The notes: a model not told the origin generated them from the sequence alone. Positions 38,683 through 48,658 are shown, counted from the whole stretch's first letter. The stretch: 63,953 nt of DNA, filler included, from an uncultured bacterium (GCA_965372715.1; 3 parts of 3 records of this genome joined end to end with filler, not necessarily neighbours in it), one strand, 5' to 3'. Numbers and translations are program-made.

Positions 38683-39750
38683 ATGGGTAAAGCATCAATC
38701 ATTATGGTCCTGGGAATTGCGGTCGCCATGTCTTTTCTCACGATGGGGGCTCAGGAGAAAAGAAGCGAGGCAGTCGCCAATGCCTGTCAGGCGTATAATG
38801 TTTGCGGGTCAAGAAACCTCGCCCATTCAGGCGCGAACGTCTCACTTTCCAATTTGACAATGAACCACAGCTATCGGGGCTCAGTATCCGCGGACCTCTC
38901 GGACGGGTCCTATTCTGCGACTTGCGTGAAGATGCCGGCGACCACCAACGCGAAGATAGTCGCTACCGGGACCTACGAAGGAACCACGCACAACGTGGAG
39001 GTTATTGTCGAGCTCTACTGCGAGGGCCTCAAGTCAGCGATCACGGCAAAGCCCTGGGTGAAGACCCTCGGCACGTTGGACGTTGACGGCCGAGACTACG
39101 ATGAAAACGAGAACATCATCCCAAACGAGGGTGGACTGGCCATCGTCAGCACGCAGACCATAACCAGAGGCGGAAACTCGAAATACGGCGGAACAAACGA
39201 ACTGGGACAGGATTTCGTTCCGTCAACGGACTTCGATCCAAGCTTGATCGAGGAGAACGCCTCGTTCGATGGCGGCTTCCCGATCTCGCCCGATGCGGTG
39301 GTCGGGGTTGACGACGGCACGCTGAAGGCGATCGCTCAGAGCGGTGTGGGCGGCAGCCAATATGCAACGGACCCCGACGACATTACCATACCTTTGAGGG
39401 GCGTCACCTACTTGGAGCTGCCGGATGGCGGAACCTGGCTCTCGCCCAACTTAACGGATGGCCACTGCGGTTTCGACTGTAACAGCTCCGGGATACTCGT
39501 GGTCCACAACGCCAATAAGAACGCCGTGCTGAAGAACATGCGCGGCAGCTTCTACGGGCTCATAATCGCAGACGATGTGGACAAAATCCACGGCAAGGTA
39601 ACCGGCAACGTAACTGTTATAGGCGACTCCCCGAGCGGCAATTGCATTGGCAACGGCACCGGCGATGTCCATTACAGCTCGTATTACATCATGCAGGCGC
39701 TGTCCGACCTGCTCAATAATCAGCCGAAAATCATTTCCTGGTGGGAGTAG
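38683..39750 (+). CDS. Minor pilin-like protein (PilX-like), paralog 2
   Basis: Clearly homologous to 37443-38492 along its length; ends IISWWE. Confidence 0.7.
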   Translation: MGKASIIMVLGIAVAMSFLTMGAQEKRSEAVANACQAYNVCGSRNLAHSGANVSLSNLTMNHSYRGSVSADLSDGSYSATCVKMPATTNAKIVATGTYEGTTHNVEVIVELYCEGLKSAITAKPWVKTLGTLDVDGRDYDENENIIPNEGGLAIVSTQTITRGGNSKYGGTNELGQDFVPSTDFDPSLIEENASFDGGFPISPDAVVGVDDGTLKAIAQSGVGGSQYATDPDDITIPLRGVTYLELPDGGTWLSPNLTDGHCGFDCNSSGILVVHNANKNAVLKNMRGSFYGLIIADDVDKIHGKVTGNVTVIGDSPSGNCIGNGTGDVHYSSYYIMQALSDLLNNQPKIISWWE

Positions 39751-39754
39751 TTAA

Positions 39755-41011
39755 TTGGAAACAGAAGCCGCAGTTCTCGACACTGATGTGTTGATGGAGG
39801 CGAGGGGGATACTCTCTCGTCTGATCGCTCACGTGCCGGCCTCGCACGAGGGTTTTGAGCGCCAGATGTTCATCGGCAAGCTCCTCGCGGAGCTCACGCA
39901 CGAGCAGCGCCAGAGCCTCAAGACCGTCGTGGATTCCTGGCTTCACAAGACAGTAGAACTTCAGGCCTCGGACATTGACGTGGGCAGCCATGGCTGCGAG
40001 AGCAAGATATGGTTCCGGGTATTCGGGTTCAAAAAGCCGTGCCCGGAGCTCGGCTCGTTCTCGACAGATGAGACGGATTTCCTGGTTCAGAGCCTCTTGA
40101 TGGACAGTCAAAGAGAATACCTTTACGAGTGGCGCAACCTTGACTTCTCTCACACGATCCAGCACAACGGCACTCGGGTCCGCTTCAGAGGCGACATGTA
40201 CTTCGACCTGAACCATCTGGCCATGAACATGAGACGGATCAATGAATTCATTTATCCGTTCAAGGACCTCGGCTTCCATCCAAACATCGCCAGGGCGCTT
40301 TCGCTGACGCACGTGAAGCAGGGACTGATACTGATTACCGGAATCACGGGTTCAGGAAAGAGCACCACGCTCGACAGCATCATTGACGCAAACAACAAGA
40401 CAGCCGATGCGCACGTGGTGATAATCGGCAGCCCGATTGAGAACATCCATACGAGCCAAAGATGTCTCATCCGCCATCGCGAGGTCGGGCGCGACGTGAT
40501 GTCATTCAAGGAGGGCGCGATACAATCGCTAAGGCAGGACCCGGACATCATAGTGATTGGCGAGATGCGTGATCCAGACACAATTCTGACCGCACTTGAG
40601 ATCACTGACAGTGGCCACAAGGTTTTCTCGACGCTGCACACGGGTTCGGCGGTCGAGAGCATCGACAGGATAATCGCCGAGTGTCCGACGGTCGTGCAGG
40701 AGAGAGTGCGGATGCGGCTTGCGGATGTTCTGACCGTGATCGTGTCGCAGAAGCTCGTTCCGAGCCCAACTGGACGGCTTCAGCTCGCCAAAGAGGTTCT
40801 GCTCGTCGATTCTTCAGTCCGGGCAGCGATCAAGAACAACAACACGGGTGAGATCTACCAGATGATCTTCGAGTCGCAGAACGAGGGGATGATCACAATT
40901 GAGCAGGACCTTTACCGTCTATATCGGCTCAAACAAGTATCAAGAGATAACGCCATGAACTTTGCGAACAATAAAAAGAGGCTGGCCGAGTTGCTTCGGA
41001 GGGAATTATGA
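39755..41011 (+). CDS. pilT: Type IV pilus retraction ATPase (PilT/PilU family)
   Basis: GITGSGKST, HREVGRD, LRQDPD, GEMRD, GHKVFSTLHT, SQKL; TTG start. Confidence 0.88.
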   Translation: METEAAVLDTDVLMEARGILSRLIAHVPASHEGFERQMFIGKLLAELTHEQRQSLKTVVDSWLHKTVELQASDIDVGSHGCESKIWFRVFGFKKPCPELGSFSTDETDFLVQSLLMDSQREYLYEWRNLDFSHTIQHNGTRVRFRGDMYFDLNHLAMNMRRINEFIYPFKDLGFHPNIARALSLTHVKQGLILITGITGSGKSTTLDSIIDANNKTADAHVVIIGSPIENIHTSQRCLIRHREVGRDVMSFKEGAIQSLRQDPDIIVIGEMRDPDTILTALEITDSGHKVFSTLHTGSAVESIDRIIAECPTVVQERVRMRLADVLTVIVSQKLVPSPTGRLQLAKEVLLVDSSVRAAIKNNNTGEIYQMIFESQNEGMITIEQDLYRLYRLKQVSRDNAMNFANNKKRLAELLRREL

Positions 41012-43629
41012 GAAAAGAGGCAATAGGATTATCAATTGAGGGGACCGACGTCAAGGTCGCCCACATTGCGTTTTCTCACAGAGGCGTCATCCTAAAACGG
41101 CTTGAGGTTGCTCAGCTTTCCGGGCCGCTTGGCGTTGCCGCCGAGGAGGAAAAACTGGAAAGCGAATCGCTGGACGCTTTTGAGGAGGCGTTTGGTGAGG
41201 TGAGTCCAACCAAGACCGGGCTCGACCAGAAAGCGGAGGACGAAGAGCAAGAAGAGGAAGAAGCCTCATCCACGTTGCTCGGGGTCCTCTCCGGATACGA
41301 TCTAACGAAGGTTAAGATCGGCGTAAATCTCCCCGAGGACTCGGTCAGTTTCTACACGTTGAGCGATACTTTCGCGATCAAGGGCCGTAAGTTAAAAAGG
41401 GCCCTGATCGATATGGTCTCGCCCAAGCACGACGGCGCAATCTCGCCGGAGATGGTTGACTACATCAAGGCTGCCGACAAGAACCTTGCGTGCCTCGTCT
41501 GCAACCAGGAGCCGGTGTTTCTGGAGGTGTTGAAGGAGCTCAAGCCGTTCATGGGCCGTAACAAGCCCTACATAGGGCTGATCGATTCGGTGGACACAGC
41601 GCTGATGGGGCTTGTGAGGGCGAACCACGAACTGGTGGACGGCGAGATAACCGCGATAATCTATGTCGGCGCCGACAGCACCAGGATCACAATAATGAAG
41701 GGCCGAGAATACGTGAGGTTCTTGCCCTCAATCCAGGAGGGCGCCAATTCCTCCCAACTCCTCAACACAGTATTCAGCAAGATATTGTTCGAGCAAGACG
41801 AGGGCGGACTACCCGAAATCAATCACGTTGTCCTTGCTGGTGAAGCCGACATGCCTTCCGCGCTCGAGTTCTTCTCCAGAGAAATGCCTGCTGCAAGGGT
41901 GGAAGCCATCAAGTATGGCAAGTTCGCCGGAACCGAGATGGAACCATTGAAGATCCCAGCGCCTCTTCCGAGCTTTGCGCTGGCGCTGGCGCTGGCGAAG
42001 AAAGCCCTCGAGCCAACCAACCCTGACTACTACCAGACGGACTTCACACCGGACTACCTCAAAGAGTCGCAAAAGCCGTTCCGAATAGCATGGCACGGTC
42101 TGCTTTCGCTTCTAGTCATCTTTGCGATGAGCCTTCTTCTCGTTGTCAAGGGCGGATACAACTACGTCGAGATGGGCGATCTGGAGACGGACACCTCGAA
42201 ATACAATCGCCTGACGCAGCTGGCTCAGCCGCTCCTATACGAGATCGATATGCTCAACCAGCAGATTTCGGGCTATGAGTCCGAGATGGCTCAGCTCGCT
42301 TCATTGGCGCAGGATTCACATATCTGGAGCGAATCGCTGGACAAGCTCTGCGACCTCACGGAACGTTGTGATTCGCTTTGGGTCGCAACCCTGAGTTCGT
42401 CGGAAGGCAGAGGCTACGTGCTCAGAGGCAAGTCGCGCACTCGGGAGAAGATAACCGCTCTTGCTAGCGCTTATCAGGACTCATATTTGGACCTCGTCAG
42501 CCGCGGTATGATTCGCGATTACCGGCTCTGGGACTTCACAGTGCGGGTTAAGTTCCCGGACGCCCTAGAGCCGCAGGTTTACCTCGCGAGGGTCAAGAAC
42601 CACGGCAGGGACGGCTTCGGGCAGAACGCCCACAGAGGTGTGGCTGAGCCAGCCGGTTTCGCCGCTAACATGCCGAATCTGGCCGCGTCAGCTCAGCTGC
42701 CAGCAATGCCGGGCGGGGAGTTCTCTCCGATGGTTCCCTCGTTCGACGTGCAAGCCTCTGGCATGGTTGGCGGGCTCTTTAGAGCTGGTTTCAACGCCTA
42801 CTATGAACAGGCCGAGCGCATCGCCGGCAGCCCGAAGCTTATGAGGCTCCAGACCGAGCAAGAGACGCGCGAGGCCGAGCAGCGGAAACTGTGGATCCAG
42901 CAGAGGCAAGCTCAAGAGGAGCAGAAGCTCGCTGCGACCGAGAAATCCGTTGACGAGCAATATCTGGGGCCGCACGTGAAGTCCTCGCAGAGCGCGCCGG
43001 TATTGGGCCCCGAGCCTGAGCCTGAGCCTGAGCCTGAGGTCGAACCACAGGCAATTACAAAGACGGACGGCGCCGAGCAAAAAGCCAAAGAGGCGCCTCC
43101 GAAGAGGGAGCAGGCGGACGGCTCCGGTGCGGCATTGAAGGCCGCCGAGAGCAAAGGCGCAACGACGAAAAAAGAAGAGCCGAAATCCCAGAAGCCTCAA
43201 GAGGTCGTAGGCTCCAAGCAGAACGCGGTGAGCGATTCCACGTCCAGCGCGACCGGTGGCGCCTACGATCGAGCGCTGGAGCTCTTCAAGGCTGGAGAAT
43301 ACAAACAGGCGGCCGGGCTATTCAACGAGGTGCTCGCGGCGCAGACGGACTCCAAGAAGGACCGCAAAGCCAAAGCGCATTACTGGCTTGGACACTGCCT
43401 CTTTGGCATAGGTGACTTTCAGGCGGCCATAGTGGAATTGGAGCTTGCGGCCAGTTGTAAAGACAAGAGTATTGAGGACGGTGTGCTCTTCATGCTGGGC
43501 AATTGCCACTTGAGGCTCGGCGACGAGCAAACCGCGAACGAGAAATATGCCAGACTGTTGAACGACTATCCCAACAGTCGCTTCGGACCGATTGCATCGG
43601 CCAGAACAAGAGCCTTCAGTCAACCTTAA
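41008..43629 (+). CDS. PilM-PilN fusion with low-complexity linker and C-terminal TPR domain
   Basis: PilM-like IGLSIEG..VK and VVLAGE, one TM, coiled coil, PilN-like W...L...LW....G, PEPEPE linker, CpoB-like TPRs ending YPNS. Confidence 0.7.
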   Translation: MRKEAIGLSIEGTDVKVAHIAFSHRGVILKRLEVAQLSGPLGVAAEEEKLESESLDAFEEAFGEVSPTKTGLDQKAEDEEQEEEEASSTLLGVLSGYDLTKVKIGVNLPEDSVSFYTLSDTFAIKGRKLKRALIDMVSPKHDGAISPEMVDYIKAADKNLACLVCNQEPVFLEVLKELKPFMGRNKPYIGLIDSVDTALMGLVRANHELVDGEITAIIYVGADSTRITIMKGREYVRFLPSIQEGANSSQLLNTVFSKILFEQDEGGLPEINHVVLAGEADMPSALEFFSREMPAARVEAIKYGKFAGTEMEPLKIPAPLPSFALALALAKKALEPTNPDYYQTDFTPDYLKESQKPFRIAWHGLLSLLVIFAMSLLLVVKGGYNYVEMGDLETDTSKYNRLTQLAQPLLYEIDMLNQQISGYESEMAQLASLAQDSHIWSESLDKLCDLTERCDSLWVATLSSSEGRGYVLRGKSRTREKITALASAYQDSYLDLVSRGMIRDYRLWDFTVRVKFPDALEPQVYLARVKNHGRDGFGQNAHRGVAEPAGFAANMPNLAASAQLPAMPGGEFSPMVPSFDVQASGMVGGLFRAGFNAYYEQAERIAGSPKLMRLQTEQETREAEQRKLWIQQRQAQEEQKLAATEKSVDEQYLGPHVKSSQSAPVLGPEPEPEPEPEVEPQAITKTDGAEQKAKEAPPKREQADGSGAALKAAESKGATTKKEEPKSQKPQEVVGSKQNAVSDSTSSATGGAYDRALELFKAGEYKQAAGLFNEVLAAQTDSKKDRKAKAHYWLGHCLFGIGDFQAAIVELELAASCKDKSIEDGVLFMLGNCHLRLGDEQTANEKYARLLNDYPNSRFGPIASARTRAFSQP

Positions 43630-43657
43630 TCACTGAAAGCAAATAGGGAGATGTAAG

Positions 43658-44533
43658 GTGAGCAACGCATTAAGAAGCACAATAGCGATCGGCGCCATCT
43701 GGCTGGTCTTGCTCCTCGTGGGAGGTTGGTACGTCTATTACAGGCAGGCGGGTGACCTCGAGGCGATTCGTGAGGAGAATAGGGAAGCCCATGAGGCCCA
43801 CGAGCAGATGCAGGCCAAGATCGACAGCCGAGGAGAAGTCAGGGCGACGCTCGCAAGGCTAACCGATCTGTGGTACGAGCGCAAAAAGGTGATCCCGGCA
43901 ACAGAGGACGCCAGGACATCATACAACTACTTCAATTGGTTGGGCCAGCAGTCGGGCTCGATGCTGATGTATGACTTCATCGTTCTTTCGGAAGACCCCG
44001 AGGCGTCGCCCCCCTCCAGAGTATATCAGCTCCGCGGGGAGGATGCTTTCGAAAACCTCTACAACTTCGTCTATTACCTCGAACATCATCCGCTTCTCTA
44101 CAAGATCGAGCAGTTCACTATTGACAGTGCGGCAATCGGTGAGAACGAAGAGGGCGACGTTCGGGGCGTCAGGTTTGACATGCACGTCAAGGTCTATTAC
44201 GGGACATCGTCGTCACTTTCGCAGTCTTACTCGCCTCGCGTCGTGGCAGGCCCGCCGAGACTGATAGACCCGTTCTATCCGCTTATACTCGACAAGCTGC
44301 CCCAGAACGCGAGAGGTCTTGCGCTGGTGGATGAGTCAAAGCTCCAGGCATTGACAAGCGATACCGCATTCATAATCGACCAGAAAGGCAAGCTGGTGTC
44401 GCTCCAGGTGGGCGATGAGGTCTTTCTGGGCTACCTAACGAAGATCGACGTTCAAAACAACGAGTGTGTATTCACGCTCAACCTGGGTGGAATAATCGAA
44501 AAATATACGATGCGACTCAACTTCAAAAACTGA
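43658..44533 (+). CDS. PilO-like protein with PilP-like C-terminal extension
   Basis: TM, coiled coil, PilO-like G...F..LY.F.Y.LE, then DPF motif and short beta domain (L.VGD...G.L..I). Confidence 0.65.
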   Translation: MSNALRSTIAIGAIWLVLLLVGGWYVYYRQAGDLEAIREENREAHEAHEQMQAKIDSRGEVRATLARLTDLWYERKKVIPATEDARTSYNYFNWLGQQSGSMLMYDFIVLSEDPEASPPSRVYQLRGEDAFENLYNFVYYLEHHPLLYKIEQFTIDSAAIGENEEGDVRGVRFDMHVKVYYGTSSSLSQSYSPRVVAGPPRLIDPFYPLILDKLPQNARGLALVDESKLQALTSDTAFIIDQKGKLVSLQVGDEVFLGYLTKIDVQNNECVFTLNLGGIIEKYTMRLNFKN

Positions 44534-44547
44534 GAGGGTAGGAAGAG

Positions 44548-45798
44548 ATGAAAAGGGCGATATCAGTCTCAATATCCATTCTTGTGCTGTTTGCGGCTTT
44601 CTGCTTTGCCGAATCAGAGCCACAAGGCGGCAAGCATCCGTTCGTTCCGAGAGAATACCCGATAGAACACTCGTCGGTTGACGAGCTTGTCTCACTCTCT
44701 TCCGGAACCCCGTTCGCGCAGGGCCTGTTCATATTGTCCAAGTTCTCAAACAAATTCGAGAAAAAAATCATAATCGACCCCGATAAGCACAAGGGCAACA
44801 TCGGTATCGATATAGAAAACATGCACTGGAAAAAGGCCTTCGAGATGATGTTGCGTGCTAATGGGCTTTGGTATGTGAGCTACGACACCTATTACGAGGT
44901 CATCGAACCAGCCGCCGCGGTCCCATCCCAAACAAAGGACGAGACAAAGAAGAAAGTGGCGCTCACGTCGGACACCCGCGAGGTCAGGATCAAGGCCACC
45001 TTCTTCGAGGGTGATAGGCACTTCCTGCACGAGCTCGGCATCGACTGGACGACGATAAGGGCCGGCACACTCAACGTGCAAGCGGGAAGCCCGGGCCACC
45101 AGAAGATCCTCGACCCCGTGGTGCGAACCGCGCTTGAAACATACACGGCTGGTTTCGGCAAGATGTTTGGCAAAGTCCGAGTTGAAGCCCTTCTAGACAC
45201 ATTGGAGAGTGCCCAGAAGGGGCGAATCATCGCAACACCCGAAGTCGTTGTTATGGTCGGCAAGACCGCTAAGGTCCTTGTGGGTCAGGAGTTCGCCGTC
45301 AACACGAGGGACTTCGCCGGCAACATCATCACTGAGTTCTACGAAACGGGGACAATACTGGAAGTGGCGCCCACTGTATTCAAGGACAAGAACGACCGAG
45401 AGTACATCCATCTTACGGTGTCGGTGATACGGTCGAGCCTCGTTGACCCTGTGAACCTGACGATCAACAAGACCGAAGTCAGCTCTTCCATACTCCTCAA
45501 TGACGGAGAAGACGCCGCAATAGCGGGGCTTTATTCCACCGAGCGGCGCAAGGGAAGGAGCGGCGTACCGTGGCTTAAGGACCTTCCGTTGTGGGTCTTC
45601 GGCTTGAGATACGTGTTTGGTTCCGACCGGATAGAAAAGATCGACAAGGAACTTGTCATCCTGCTCAACGCCGAGCTACTGCCCAAGCTCGCGGAGCGGT
45701 TCGCGGACATCGACAAAGAGTCGGACTTTGACAGGCTGGACAAGGAGCTCCACGAGACGGTCGAGCCGCTTTGGCCGCGTCCCGGCGAGAACAAGTAA
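44548..45798 (+). CDS. pilQ: Secretin (short PilQ/GspD-like)
   Basis: Signal peptide; V.I.A, IIATPEV, TGTILEVAP, IAGL, GVPWLKDLP...FG, ELVILL. Confidence 0.85.
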   Translation: MKRAISVSISILVLFAAFCFAESEPQGGKHPFVPREYPIEHSSVDELVSLSSGTPFAQGLFILSKFSNKFEKKIIIDPDKHKGNIGIDIENMHWKKAFEMMLRANGLWYVSYDTYYEVIEPAAAVPSQTKDETKKKVALTSDTREVRIKATFFEGDRHFLHELGIDWTTIRAGTLNVQAGSPGHQKILDPVVRTALETYTAGFGKMFGKVRVEALLDTLESAQKGRIIATPEVVVMVGKTAKVLVGQEFAVNTRDFAGNIITEFYETGTILEVAPTVFKDKNDREYIHLTVSVIRSSLVDPVNLTINKTEVSSSILLNDGEDAAIAGLYSTERRKGRSGVPWLKDLPLWVFGLRYVFGSDRIEKIDKELVILLNAELLPKLAERFADIDKESDFDRLDKELHETVEPLWPRPGENK

Positions 45799-45914
45799 CA
45801 AGTGAAGACAAGGTCAAAATTGAGGGACTGAAGCTCGTCCCCAATTCTGAGTCAGAAGTCGGGCATCGTAGCGGTTCACCGCACGGCAGGAAACCGGTTG
45901 CAATCATTGTGCCA

Positions 45915-48080
45915 TCAGGGCAACGCCAGATACTTCCTGATTCCGCGCGCCGGGAAGGCCCCCGGCACCTTGCTCAGCGGCGTATCCCCTCGCAGTGCAG
46001 GGCCTAGCTTAGGTGTCCAGTGGAGGAACCTGAATCCCGACCGCGAGATCAGTCCCGCGGACTGTACAAGGGCCGCTTCGCGAATGGGAACGAGTTGACC
46101 ATCGTCCAGAACCGTGAGGCGAACCTCGTCAACCTGGCCGGCGAGAAGCCACTGCGGGTTCTGGTCGAACCGGACCGTTGCCTCAGTTCCCTCAAAACTG
46201 GCCGGAAACGTCAGCGTGCCGGAGGCGCCGCGCGTAGTGAACTCAACCCTCGCTGTGGCGCTGCGCAGCGGCCTGGCAGTAACTATGTCGGCCCGGTCGA
46301 TCAATCCTGAATCGGCCCCAGGGGCAAGTCGCACTGGCTTCATCTGAGCCCGCGGATTGCTGAACCTCGCGTGCACCACGTCCGATTCTAGACCCAGATA
46401 TGACTCCTGACGTGCGATAATGCGAGCCGCAAGCTCCGGCAGTTCAGAGGCCTTCTCGCCGTCATAGCCAAATGCCCGCACCGACATCCCTTCTGGTATG
46501 CTCTGATACTGGAAGCCACTCACCCACAGACCGAAGGGAAAGGCATCGACCCGCGCGTTGTATTCCGCGCGCAGCGGCGCCCGGATGTTCCAAAGAAACG
46601 AGGCTTCGTCGATCAAGGCCTCATCCTTAAACACAATGAAGATCAGCGTGTTATCCGGCACATCGGGCTGAACCGCCACGATTGCCTTGGGAAGCCGTGC
46701 AGCCTCGTCCGCCTCATCAACGAACAACGCAAATAGCTTCAGGAAACCAGCGGTGTAGCCGCCTATTATTAACAGGATCAATCCAAGCACTAGAGCCTTG
46801 AGTGGGGCAGACGTGAGCCTCACGCGGAAGCGCCTAACCACCGCACACCTTGTCAGGATGGCAATCCCGGCGACCAGGGCGATGTAATACCTGACGTTTG
46901 GCGCCGGTGTGTCTTGATGGAAGAAGTCTATCCAACCTGCTCGCATGATCTCGAACACCCAGTAGATGATTGAAGCGGACAATAACCAGTCGAGGATAGA
47001 GGCCGATGCCGAACGTTTCTGGGTGTCAAGAAAGCAATTTGGCAGCAAGACGATAAGATAAGCCATCAAGCCGGCCAGCCCAACCGAGTTGAGGAATACG
47101 CGGTGGTGAGCGAATGAGGGTAGCGGAAGCGCAAAAGCGGGCGTGATAACTATCCACAAAATGACAAATAGAAGGAATCGCCAGTTGGCTTTTCGACCGA
47201 CATAGAGAAGAACATAGGCGGCAGCGGCACAGAGGATAGGAGAGAACTTCAGCGGAAACACGCTTGTGTAAACGATTGCGGGTATTTTTGCGAGAACGGC
47301 CGAAAGCGTGAGGCTCTTGAGGATCAACAAGTAGGGGTGATGGGGATCGAACGTGCTGAATACCATGGCTTTCAAGCCGAGGAAGCCCAGCATCAGCGCC
47401 CACAACGGCAGATGCAGCCTAAAAACGCGTTTGATGGCTCTCTTGAGATCAGGTTCGGCCTTCCACACCAACTCGTATATAAGAAGGAGCAAGGGTGTGA
47501 AGAGCGCGTATTCATACGAGAGAAAACCTGCCGGATATGAAATGAACGCAATGACGACCTTCATCCGGGACGGCCTTTTGCGGTAACCTGGCCCTAGCAG
47601 CCAGAATGTAAGGAGCGAGAACAGCGCCGCATTGACTGTCTGGACCTGAGCGGCCATCCAGAACGCAGGCTGCACGTGGCTCACCATGACCGCGAATATC
47701 AGTGAACCCAACGCTCCAGTGATGAAACTCCCAGATAGTGCCTCAAGGATCAAGAAGACAAGAAGGCATATCACTGAATAGGTTGCGAACGTGAGCGCCC
47801 GTGGGACCAGAGGGTTGGTCCCGAATAACTTGTGCTCTATTGCCAGCACCATGTCGGCCACCGGCCTGTAATGCCCAAACAGCATGTCGCTCTTGAGGGT
47901 GAAGGGGTAGGCAAGTACCTGCTTCCATGTGTGTGGCTTGAACCAGACCCAGGTCTCCGTCAGGTAGTAAGCATCAAGCCCCGATGCGGTCATTATGATC
48001 GGAAGCAGAACGATGCCCACAATGAACCACCGCCTTGTTTGCGGGCTTGGTGACAGCAATGTGTCAGGCCAGAACTGCAT
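45915..48080 (-). CDS. Polytopic membrane protein, GT-C (PMT/TMTC-like) glycosyltransferase candidate
   Basis: ~12 TM helices; YRP motif, HxxPxxW, SYE motif; soluble C-terminal domain. Confidence 0.6.
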   Translation of the reverse strand: MQFWPDTLLSPSPQTRRWFIVGIVLLPIIMTASGLDAYYLTETWVWFKPHTWKQVLAYPFTLKSDMLFGHYRPVADMVLAIEHKLFGTNPLVPRALTFATYSVICLLVFLILEALSGSFITGALGSLIFAVMVSHVQPAFWMAAQVQTVNAALFSLLTFWLLGPGYRKRPSRMKVVIAFISYPAGFLSYEYALFTPLLLLIYELVWKAEPDLKRAIKRVFRLHLPLWALMLGFLGLKAMVFSTFDPHHPYLLILKSLTLSAVLAKIPAIVYTSVFPLKFSPILCAAAAYVLLYVGRKANWRFLLFVILWIVITPAFALPLPSFAHHRVFLNSVGLAGLMAYLIVLLPNCFLDTQKRSASASILDWLLSASIIYWVFEIMRAGWIDFFHQDTPAPNVRYYIALVAGIAILTRCAVVRRFRVRLTSAPLKALVLGLILLIIGGYTAGFLKLFALFVDEADEAARLPKAIVAVQPDVPDNTLIFIVFKDEALIDEASFLWNIRAPLRAEYNARVDAFPFGLWVSGFQYQSIPEGMSVRAFGYDGEKASELPELAARIIARQESYLGLESDVVHARFSNPRAQMKPVRLAPGADSGLIDRADIVTARPLRSATARVEFTTRGASGTLTFPASFEGTEATVRFDQNPQWLLAGQVDEVRLTVLDDGQLVPIREAALVQSAGLISRSGFRFLHWTPKLGPALRGDTPLSKVPGAFPARGIRKYLALP

Positions 48081-48658
48081 GTGCCCTCCAGATCAAAGAC
48101 GATTCTACTTATTCCTCAAACTAACACTGTGGATCACACACCGCAACCTATGGCGCTCGAGGAGTCTCCGTAGGACGGAACGACGGAAACTACCGCCTGC
48201 GCCTCGACCGGGCTCTCGGAATGGTGGGCTGGGGACAATACAGCTGCCGCCAGGGGGTCTCGCGCCAGGCAAGGGTCGAGTCCTGTGATGGCGCGCGAAC
48301 GAGAACTCGGAGCCGCCTACTCACTCCTTGTGTCGGCATAAAATGGCGGGGGCGGGAACGCTGCCCGGAGGTTTTGTCCCCGCCCCGAAAACCACAAACC
48401 AAAAGGAGGGTAACACGCCGAGTGAATCTCCGGGGCCGGAAACCCACACGGTTTTATGAGGCTATTCATTATTGAAACAAGCGCGAGGGCCTCAAGGTTT
48501 CCCTGGTTTGGATGAATTGGTGGTCCAGGCTCCCCGCCTTGCCGTTTGCTTCAATCTGCATATTCGCCTTTGCGTATGGAGGGTTCTTTGATAGATTACA
48601 TCGTAATAGGGCTGATTGAGCAGCTCCCAATCTGTCAACATCCAAGGGAGGCAACATC

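Noticed and set aside
38496-38690. 64-aa ORF between the PilX-like paralogs
   Set aside because: No RBS or motif; region is explained as decayed duplication sequence.
33157-45798. Calling the locus a type II secretion system
   Set aside because: A PilT-like retraction ATPase, PilM-like domain and separately terminated major pilin favour a pilus, though a secretion role is not excluded.
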